Assembly: GCA_029717555.1 (NCBI GenBank)
Contig: JAMDHS010000120.1
Coordinates: 1 to 51,616 of the forward strand
Source: Peribolospora baueri
Taxonomy: Eukaryota
DNA length: 51,616 bases
Direction: 5' to 3'
Shown: positions 36,582 through 45,939 of the stretch, in pieces
Position numbering within the stretch: position 1 is the stretch's first letter
Layout of the letters: each line of letters starts with the position of its first letter
The notes under the pieces: model-generated
What the model was told of the DNA's origin: nothing
Databases searched by the model: none
What the model saw: only the letters and a program-made list of their open reading frames with translations
Position numbers and translations under genes: made by a program

Positions 36582-38090
36582 ATGACCGACAATCCCGATG
36601 TTGCCCACAACGACGGCTTCACGACGGTGACCAAGTTTAAGTACAAGTCATCCTCGTCTAAAAAGCGCAAAGGCAAGCGTGGAGGCGCGTCGGGAACTCA
36701 GGGATGGGGTGAGAGGCCGGAAGGCGATGTCCAGACGGAGCCGGAAAGGACAGTGGACATCATTCGGGATAGGGAAAAGGTGATGCAGGAGACGGAGTGG
36801 TTTAAAGAATGGAAAGGTACTCCTTTATCTCTCAAGCACACCATGCTATAACGACTTCATTTACCCTTCTATCACGTCAACGCTTATCATCCCTGTGCTC
36901 AACATTCGTTCCAGACCTCTGCGAGCAAGTCCTCAAACACGCTGATTCTTCCTCATCACCTGAGATGAAGACGGAAGATGGCGGGAGACCACTCCCGCAA
37001 TATTCGATATCCCAAGTTGTCTCGTTTGGTCTTGGAAGTGTCAAGGACGCTCGGATACCTCAATTCCAACTGGTTTTGCTTCTTGATCTCATGCGCAGAT
37101 TAGGTGTGGGTATCGTTCGGAGTTCTGTTCGTTGATACAGAGTCTGCAAACAGTCTGTTTTGGCATACGCGTAGAGTTTGACTACAACCGGTGGTTGTTT
37201 TCAGTCGTCGGTCAAAGTCTCCTGCTACGATCCCGTCTTCACGGCGCGGGATGCCGAGCTGCTCCAGCGGTTTGGCATTGAGGTGATGGACCGGAACGAC
37301 GTGAGTGGTCCTTCTCCGGTTATAATAGTTTCTTTCGATTGCATTCGAATTTAGAGCTAGACGGCCGCATTATTGCCTTTACGCTTTGATGCGTTCCTCA
37401 CAGCAAGCACGGTTCACCATCCACGCCATGGACGAGCAGCCGCCGCCTTCTCCGACGCTCTCTTCATCCTCCTTTTACACGCCCCCAGCCTCCCCGTCAT
37501 CATCAGACATTGAAGAACCGCTCTCTCATCTGTCACTTTCCGATCGACCCGCTGCCTCCACCTCCACTTCTTCCCCTTTCCAGGACACGTCATCCAAGGC
37601 ACCTCCAGCATTAGACGAGGAACTCCCAGTCACTCTCTTCTACATGCCCCACTGCGGTCGAGGCATGTATGAAAACCTCCTTAGGTCGAACTGGGACCGG
37701 CATAGACTTGGCAAAATGATCTTGCTCTGCAACGACCTGGCCTCATACGGAGAACGGGTCAGCGATCGAAAGCTTGAGAAGGAGTCTCCTTGTATTTTTC
37801 GTCTGAGTGAGTGCGGTCCGTCGGCCTGTCGTAGCTCGTCTCCAGCCATCGTTTAAACCATATCGCCGAGCTCATGTCAGTCCTCGATCCGTATCCCTCA
37901 TTCAGTACCCCACCTTAGGAGTTTACCCTTACCGGCTGCTTTTCTGGCCAACGACATCTTCAACGACCTCGCCCTCCAGTGGGTACCCGCGGAGGCATTG
38001 GACCGGTTGTGCAAGGACGGTGATGAGGCTGCCGAATTTTGGCAGCTGCCAGCCGAAAGCAACGCTGGCCTTGATCCCGAGATGCGTTGA
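36582..38090 (+). CDS. SRR1-like protein (sensitivity to red light reduced 1; yeast Ber1 family), multi-exon
   Basis: VVSFGLGS..QFQLVLL, YDPVFTARD, TLFYMPHCGRGMYENLLRSNW, FNDLALQW. Confidence 0.88.
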
Positions 38091-38260
38091 ATGAAGTCCT
38101 TCATTGCAACGAACCCAAGCTCCGTCGGCGAGGAGGTGATTCGATAGATTGGCGAGAATGGTTAGTCTACAGTTAGCGTCGAGAAAGGGTCGGTTTTCCG
38201 GAAAGAGTCGGAAATAGGCATATACACAATTCCAGACAACAAAGAATACGACGACGAGGC

Positions 38261-39681
38261 TCAAAGGGCGGTACCGCGCTCGAAGTTTTCGCGGATCTCG
38301 GCGGTATACTTGTCGTAGAACTGCACGGAGAAAAAGGAGGAAACAAGTGAGTGTCAGATCGGAATGTCCAGAAATGGATAGGCAACAATTAGGAAGCCGT
38401 GCAAGCGAGAAGAATAAGCCGCGCTTACCCTTGCGATCTTCTTGTTGAAGTGCTTGTTGCGGTCATTGATATACGTGACATCTCCGTCCTCGTCGTCGCG
38501 CTTACGGGAGCGCTTTGCTCGGCGGTGAGCGCTGAGGTGCAGGGCGTGGGGAGGTTGGGGGAAGACATAGTGAGGAATTAGCATGGCTCATTCGTCTCCG
38601 CTGCAACACAGAGCGAGAAAACACGCACTCCAAGTTAAGGTGCTTAATGACCCGATCGATGCCTTCTTCGCTAGGTTTATGGTCCCCGTAGACCAATGTG
38701 TTCGCGTCCCGGTACAAGTCCTCTCTTCGCACTACCGCTGCATCCCCGCGAGCAGAGCCCGAAGCAATAAGAGCGCCGCTGCTACCGGCACTCTCGGCTG
38801 AGGAAGAGGAGAGACCGGCGATGGCGGAGCGTTGCATTTTGTAGGCGACAATATCCGGTTTCATATCTGAAACGAGGCGCTGGTACTTGCGCTCTGCCGC
38901 TTCGCTAAAGTCTGTTCATGTCAACAAGGTATAGCCGTCAGAGGTCAGATGCACAATTTCCCTGTGATATATGGAGTGAAGCCAAGGATGGGCAAAAGCA
39001 GCCAAACTTACCTCCGAGACCTTTGTCCTTCCTCGCTTCCTTCTCCTCCAATTTCTTCTCCCACCGCTCGTTATCCTCAATCGAGTACTCCCAGTTCTTC
39101 TTGCGCTCCCAGTCCTCTCCAGCTTCCCTAGCATCCCGCTCCTCCAGCAGTTCCTCCGCCTGTCGGAGCTTGCGTTCCAAGCGCGCGTTCTCCCTCGCCG
39201 ACGTCTTGTTCCGGTTGTGCTCTTCTACCAAGTCTTTTCGGTTAGCAATAGAGGACTGGTTCTATAAACGAACAAAAAGAGATTGATATATACCCTTATC
39301 AGTATGGAAAGACACGTTCTGTCCCATGATCAACGTAGTCAAGATAATGACACTCACCATCCGCAGCCTGAGCTGGCGAAGCCGTTCCGCGCGTTCATCC
39401 ATGGTCATCTTCACTGCCGGAGACTGGTCTCCTCCATTCTCCTCAGCTACAACCTCCTTCGCCTTCCCTTTGGAATTTCCGGCAGACGAAGTCTGGTCGC
39501 CTGATGCCTCGTCCACGTTCGCGGGGATTACATCCTTCTCGTCGCCGGAGGCTTCGCTGGACCGCTCTACAGGCTGCTGCACGTCCGAAGCCTCTAAAAC
39601 ATCCTCCTCCTTGGCCTCTACCTTCTCTTCTTCCTTCTTCGAGCCGCGCTTGGCGGCTGCCTTGGTCTTGCGAGGAGGCAT
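38261..39681 (-). CDS. SYF2: Pre-mRNA splicing factor SYF2, multi-exon
   Basis: AGEDWERKKNWEYSIEDNERWEKK, YGDHKPSEEGIDRV, DVTYINDRNKHFNKKIAR/FYDKYTAEIRENFERGTAL*. Confidence 0.96.
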
Positions 39682-39819
39682 GTTTGCGGCGGTGGCGGTG
39701 GTCGATAGGATAGGATGTGTTGCTTTTCGCCCGTCGACAGTGAGGCGATCACAGCCCTGCTGCGGCAAGTTGGCTCAACAGGTCAGCCATTCCTTTCGTT
39801 TTGCCTTCCCTCATCGCCG

Positions 39820-41632
39820 ATGTCGACGAGAACGAGGACGAGGACGATGGCGCCCGATGGTACGCCTTCGGGGACCAGCAAGAAGAAGTCTAAGCCCGCC
39901 AAGTCCAAGACTCCTAAGGAGCCCAAGGAGCCCAAGGCGCCCAAGCTCCGCACCAAAGTCATCGTCCGGCGCCTGCCGCCGCATGTACCCGAAGACGTCT
40001 TCTGGAACAGCGTCTCACCCTGGGTGAACGAGGAGACTGCTGACTGGAAAAAGTTCATCCCGGGCAAGTTTCGAACGAGGTGAGAAAACGAGACAGGCGG
40101 CGCCTTGTTTATTTCTTTCTCTGTTCCCCTTGTTGATTTCACTCTTGCTTTCTGTCCAGCGTCAACAAGGAGAACGTCAGTTCCCGAGCATACGTGCATT
40201 TCAAGAAGCCCGAGAGCGTAGTCGAATTCCATCAAGGGTACGATGGCCACTTGCTTAGAGATAGCAAGGGTGAGAGAGCTATTGCGAGGAATGGGTGGGG
40301 GAATGCATGTGTGCGACTGTTCGCTAACTGTCTGGCTGAACTCTGACCTTTGCCCCTCCAAGGCCATGAAAGCGTCGCAGTCGTGGAGTTTGCGCCGTTC
40401 CAGAAGGTGCCTCAGGAGCGCAAGAAGTCCGATGCGCGGAAAGGTACCATAGACGATGGTGAGGGCTACGTACATATGTGTAGACCATGTTCCGTACTCG
40501 CTGTTCTCATGCTCCTGTGGTTTGTGTTTGCAGATCCGGATTTCATCGACTTTATCGAGAACCTGAACAAGCCTAAAGAGCCGGTTGGAGACGACAAGGA
40601 TGTTTTGGAGGCACAGAGCTTATTAGGTGCGTTCCGAATTCTTCTTTTACATTGTATATGTGAGTCGCTTGCTCATGCAATGCCAGATGCGTGGCATCTT
40701 GCATCCACTCAGGTGGCCTTAACACGAACCCTTCTGTCGAGCCAAAAAAGGTGTCGACACCTCTGCTGGATCACCTTCGCGCAGCCAAATCTGCCGCTGC
40801 GGAGAGCTCTGCCCTGGCCGCCGCAAGGCAATACCAAAATCCCTACTCTTACCGCTACCCTGCGCAGCCGGGTGTGCCAACCTCCGGACGTGGAGGTCGA
40901 GGTGGTAGTCGATCCGGCAGGGGAGGAGGTGGCGGTGGCAAGGCCACGACGTCATCTACCAAGAATAAAGTTAAGGAGGTGGCGAAGGCGGCTGCTTCTG
41001 GCCCCGCCTCCTCGGGCGAGGCGAGCTCGGAAAAGAAGAAGAAGAAGGGTCACTCGACGGCCACAACGGATCGAGTCGCACAGAACAGGCACTTCACTGC
41101 CGCCCTAGGGGCCGCGCTGGGAGCGCCTGGCAAGAAAGGTGGGAAGGAAGGAAGGGAGAAGGAGAAGGCTAAGGGGAAGGAGACGGACGGGCGCAACGCT
41201 ACGGTCCAGACTTCCGGCAAGGTACCGGAAGAGACTGAGAAGGATGGAGAAGTGAAGAAGAACAGGCGGAATAAGGGTGGCAAAGAGGCGCGCGACCCTT
41301 CAAGCCAAGAATCCCCCTTGAAGACTGACAAGAAGGATCGCGGACAGCCTTCGCGCCGCCAGCAGTCGCAACAACCGGCGCCAGCACGAGTGCCACCAAC
41401 TCAGAAGGTGGTCATTCTCCAGCGGGACAACGCAACCCCTACGGCCGACGCTTCTTCTTTGCCTTCGACCAAACCCGCGGATGCCAAAACCCCTGACGTT
41501 CAGACTGGCGAGCAGGGACCCGCGAGAGGTGGAGCCGCTAGAGGTGGTGGACGTGGACGAGGTCGCGCCGGAGGCGGTGGACACAAAGGTCGCGGCGGTC
41601 TTCCGAAAGGCGCTGCCGAAGGCGCCGGTTGA
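39820..41632 (+). CDS. UPF3: Nonsense-mediated decay factor UPF3 (Smg-4/UPF3 family), multi-exon
   Basis: KVIVRRLPP, SSRAYVHFK, FHQGYDGHLLRDSKG, AVVEFAPFQKVP, DARKGTIDD/DPDFIDF, STPLLDHLR; RGG-rich C-terminus. Confidence 0.93.
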
Positions 41633-42073
41633 TCAAGCGCGTGCTTAGCCGGCTTTCCGAAATACGCTCCACCGCTGCCAGCGTTCGATTGCAACCGTCG
41701 ACGTCGCCCGGCGCTGCAAATGCCTGCATCATCTTTCCAGCCATATTCGCCTTTTGACTCGCTCCTTCCGGAAGTTGGCAGCGCAACTCTACAATCCTTC
41801 GCCCTAGCCCTAGGGAATGCTCTAATGCCCGCTTTTTGGCAGACCGCATTGGGACGTCGTGCACTCGGGGCCATTACACTGGGCGATTGTAACGCCTCGA
41901 TCGGCGCATGTTTATCCCATTGCTCCCTATTAGAGCACGGACGTGCGACGCGTCGACCGTTTCCGGTACGCGTTTTTCGCTTTCGCACAAGTGCAGGGCG
42001 CTTGCAATTATGCCGCCGAGTACGTGCAATGAATTTTCCCGCGCCGCAATTGGCGCGTGTGCTCTTCCGACTC

Positions 42074-42258
42074 CATATGTGCACATTTTAGATGTCTCAA
42101 GTTTTTCTTTCCCATTGCGAGCTCGCGCCGGATGTCCCCAGAAATCGACTTGAGAGCATTCCCAACATACGTGCCCATTTTATATGTCTCAAGTTCTTTC
42201 TCTCCCATTACGAGCACGCGCCGGATGACCCCAGAAATCGAGGGCATTCCCAACATAT
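42074..42258. repeat. Imperfect tandem duplication, 2 x ~90 bp, directly upstream of the 42362 secreted gene
   Basis: cata(t/c)gtgc(a/c)catttta(g/t)atgtctcaagtt...cccatt(g/a)cgagc(t/a)cgcgccggatg(t/a)ccccagaaatcga...gcattcccaacata occurs twice in tandem. Confidence 0.92.
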
Positions 42259-42361
42259 AATAGGAGAATCCACGGTCTGCTGCCCGCATAGCTCTTGAGC
42301 CGCTAACACAGCCTCCTTTTCGGCCACCTGACTGTACTCGTTCTCTTCACAGCATCAAATC

Positions 42362-43468
42362 ATGAAGATCGCCATCTTCTTGCCCTTCCTGGCCACTATC
42401 GGCGCCTCGGCCACGTCCACCTCGATCGACTGGCCTGAGCGGCGCGACGACCGGCGCATGTACAAGCTTGAGGCTCGACAACTCGTCACGGCACAGAACA
42501 ACCAAGTCCTATCGGGCCGTGCCCCTCTCGGCTCAATGGACATTCTGGGCGCGGCCCTCAAGCAAGCCGCGGCGGCAGAGAAAGAAGCGAAGAAGAACGG
42601 AAAGAAGAACGAGGGTCCCAAAGATGAGAAGGGACAGGCTGGCACTCAAGGTGGCGAGGCGAAGGACGTGGGTGATGGCGTTTCGGGAACTAAAGGCCTT
42701 AGCGCTCATACCGGCAACGGAGGCTCTGGCACAGGTGGCCAGGATGGTAATAGCGGGCCGGAGAACACCAACGGAAAGCCCAAGAAGAGTGACGTCAGTG
42801 CGTCGAACAAAGGTGGAGCAGTGCATAAGGCACACGGATACAAGGAGGGACCCAAGGGACATAAGTTTGGCAAGGGTGGCCATCATCGCCACCACGGTAT
42901 CTCCCGCCGCAAGTTCCGCCGTTCTTTCTTTGGCCGCCCTTTCTTGGGTCACGCCCACCGCCATGGCCATCACTACAAGGGGGGAAGAGACGGTGACAGG
43001 GATGATCTTGGGAGTGATATTGATGACGCAGAGAGCCAGCTTCAAGAGACACAGGACACTCTTGGCCAGTTCGGAAGCAAGAAGAACATGAAGAAGCTCT
43101 CGGCACTGATGACCAAGGCGGACGAGTTGAAAGAACAAGCTGCCAAGAAGTCAAGGGAAGATGACAAGAAAGACGACGACGACGGCGCTGCTCATCTTCA
43201 TCGTCCTCGCCATCTGTCGACTTCTCAAATGACAACGCGTTCGGAAGACATTCTCGGAGTTGCTCTGGACCAAGCCGAGGAGGCGCTGGAAAAGGCTGGC
43301 AAGTCGGTGGGCAACGGCAAAAAGGGCGAGCCCGGAGCTGCTGGCAAAGGCGGCAAGGACGGCGTGAACAGCGGCGAACGGGGCGGAAAGGGTGGGGAAG
43401 GCTGGGATGACTGGGATGACCACCACCGTCATTGGCATGGCCACCACCATGACTCTGGTTGGTTCTGA
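42362..43468 (+). CDS. Secreted Gly/Lys/His-rich protein with two internal repeats and dibasic sites; function unknown
   Basis: 368-aa intronless ORF. Signal peptide MKIAIFLPFLATIGASA. Repeats DILGAALKQAAAAEKEAKK..GQAGTQGG..DGVSG and DILGVALDQAEEALEKAGK..GAAGKGGKDGVNSG. Dibasic sites ERR, DRR and RRKFRR. His-rich patches; no Cys. Confidence 0.85.
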   Translation: MKIAIFLPFLATIGASATSTSIDWPERRDDRRMYKLEARQLVTAQNNQVLSGRAPLGSMDILGAALKQAAAAEKEAKKNGKKNEGPKDEKGQAGTQGGEAKDVGDGVSGTKGLSAHTGNGGSGTGGQDGNSGPENTNGKPKKSDVSASNKGGAVHKAHGYKEGPKGHKFGKGGHHRHHGISRRKFRRSFFGRPFLGHAHRHGHHYKGGRDGDRDDLGSDIDDAESQLQETQDTLGQFGSKKNMKKLSALMTKADELKEQAAKKSREDDKKDDDDGAAHLHRPRHLSTSQMTTRSEDILGVALDQAEEALEKAGKSVGNGKKGEPGAAGKGGKDGVNSGERGGKGGEGWDDWDDHHRHWHGHHHDSGWF

Positions 43469-43720
43469 ACCAGGGACTGCGCGTAGAACGGTCAAGATGG
43501 CAATATAGCTCATGGAGAAGAAAGAGGAGGAAGGGAGAGAGGATGGAATGGGAAAATAGTCAAGGAATGATATTGCTAGTCTAGACGCAGTCCGAATGGA
43601 AATCATTTGCACAACGAGAAATACACCAAGGGTCATGGAAAAGCGTCCTACCGGCTTTAGCGCGTACCACTCGACCCTACAGACCACTGTCGTACTGCTA
43701 CTGACGCCGAATGAGAAATG

Positions 43721-45004
43721 CTACGCTTTCCTCGGGCCGCTACCGACGATGCCCTTCCCGGTCTTAAAGTGTGTCTCCTCCCGTATACCGCTGCCGCTAC
43801 TGCTCCTGTGACCGCCGCTCTTCTCGCTCTTCTTCTCTCCAAACGCGCCCAGGACGTAGCCCGCGCCAAAGAGGCCCGCAAGGAAGTAGAGACCGGCGCG
43901 CTCCTCGTCCGTCAGTGGCCGGTTCGCGCTCGCGACAGAACCGCCAGAAGAGGAATTCTGGTAACTGGGTCCGGAGCCGGCGCCAGAACCGGAAGATGCG
44001 GGCGAAAGACCGGCGGCGTCCAAAGCGGCACTCCTGATCTGCTGCCATGCTCCGACTGAAGCAGTCTTGCCCTTCTCCGCCACCTCGCGCCCTTGCTCAG
44101 CCGCCTTCTGAGTAGAAACACCTCCGATTCCGAAATTAGAGAGCAAATCAGAAAGGAAGTCGCCTTGTGAATGATGCGGGTCCTGGGCAAGATCCGGGTT
44201 CTCGAACACGTGCGGATCCGAAGTCCTCGAGATGTTGTGTGACGGTCCCCCGCCGGGGTGAGTGAGAGGGGAAGCGACCGTGACGACCTTGGGTCCCTCA
44301 CCGGAAGGCTGAGGGGCAGCTGGAGAATGGAAGGCATAGTTGTCCGGAACGACCGGCTGATTGCGACGTAAAGACGGAACAGAAAAACCGTACGACCGCG
44401 ACGAGAGCAAAACATGTGAGCAAAGCCGACAAATCCGCCTTTATGCAATACACATATGTGTGCGACGAGGACTCACGATCGGCGCTCCTTCCTCCGTCTC
44501 AGGAGGGAAGTCAGGGATCTCGGCGAGATACGTAGGGGGAACTTGACGCAGTTTGTGAGGAGGGATGCCAGGCGGACCACCCGCCGAGGGCTGCTTGAGC
44601 TGGGGACTGCCGACGTTGGGAGCGACGGTGGACGCAACATCACGGTCAGTCTGTTTGGTCACGCCAGCACTGGTGATCTTGTCTTGCGACTTGACGAGGT
44701 CCTCGACTTGCGCATCGTTCTTCGTCGAAGTGGAAAAGTTGTTGGTAGCAGAGGCGGGACGAGGGGAATCTGCGGCCACTTTCCTCTTGTCGTCCTCAAG
44801 GAGGCGGCCGATGAGGTCCTTCCTTTTTCCGGCAGTCGACAGGCCGCGTAGCCTCGCCTCCGCCTTGAGATCGTTGAGCTTGGACGCCTCGTACTTGGCC
44901 GCGTCGCGCGAGAGGAGGACGGTGGAAACGAGCGTCCTCTGCGAGAGCGGAAGGCTGGGGACGGACCGTGGTGGCAGAGCGCGAGCGAGGCCAGTTCGGA
45001 GCAT
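43721..45004 (-). CDS. SAP-domain protein with mitochondrial presequence and C-terminal TM helix (Aim34-like), spliced
   Basis: MLRTGLARALPPRSV..RTLVSTVLL; SAP motif KLNDLKAEARLRGLSTAGKRKDLIGRLLEDD; PIVPVVPDNY; RPLTDEERAGLYFLAGLFGAGYVLG. Confidence 0.8.
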
Positions 45005-45831
45005 GACGAAGGTGGTGGGTGAGGAAAGGACGATCGGCGAGAAGAAAGGTCGGTGAACATCGGCCGGGTCCTCGCACGAGGACCCGATTGGTGCCGTGGG
45101 AGTTTCATCCGCCATAGAATGCGCCTGACTGGGCGACGACTTCGAGCACACCATTCGTCTTGGATGACTTTCATGTTCATCCACCGCGGCCAAGATCACT
45201 GCATTCTGTGCCCTTATTCGACGCATGCGCTGCTTACGCGTCCGTCCGGCCCTCCATTGGCCGTTGATCCTTTTGACAGATACAGCGCCCAGCGAAAAAG
45301 GTGCGACCACGTCTCGCTCCGGTGTGATCCGCGACCTCGGGCGAGAGAGGGATCGGCAAGAGACCTTCTAAAGCTCGCCTCGACGCCTGTCATTACTCAA
45401 AGCTTGCCGCCATGCCAGCTCAACTGACGCGGCCTTTGGACTACTTCCTCAGGCCTCACCTTTCCATTCGTAGCGTCCAAAACTGACTCGCGCATCTGAA
45501 TGTCTTGCATACCGCGGCGTCGCTCTCGACACTGCAGTGGCCGGGGATGACCACCGTCGCTCTTTCTTTTCCAGGTAGCAGCGACCGTCAGCTCACGTGC
45601 AGAAGCTCCCACCGACCCCGCGTACTTGAGCTCGGTCGCTCGGTCAGCCTTACGAAGCGCCGTGCGGCATCTGAGATGCACCAATGCCTTCCGTCGATGG
45701 GGGAGAGTAAGCGAGCGCCAGCGGCTTGACTGTGGAGCAAAAAGGTGTGCTCGTGCTTTGCTCGCTCACTCAGCTGAATCGGTCTCTGAAACATCGACAT
45801 ACCGTCTTAACGTATGCCAACAGAGCAAAGC

Positions 45832-45837
45832 TATAAA
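45832..45837 (+). promoter_or_regulatory. Candidate TATA box of the Trp/Gly peptide precursor gene; possible 5'UTR intron 45868-45918
   Basis: TATAAA about 105 nt upstream of the ATG at 45940; GTAACT...CCCTGCAG lies between them. Confidence 0.4.
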
Positions 45838-45939
45838 GACGCTCCGCTGCAGACTTGACTTCGCTCGGTAACTCTCAGCTCGAGCTGGTGCGTCCTCTGT
45901 CTCCTCCTGTCCCTGCAGTTGAAATCCCCGTTCGCAATC

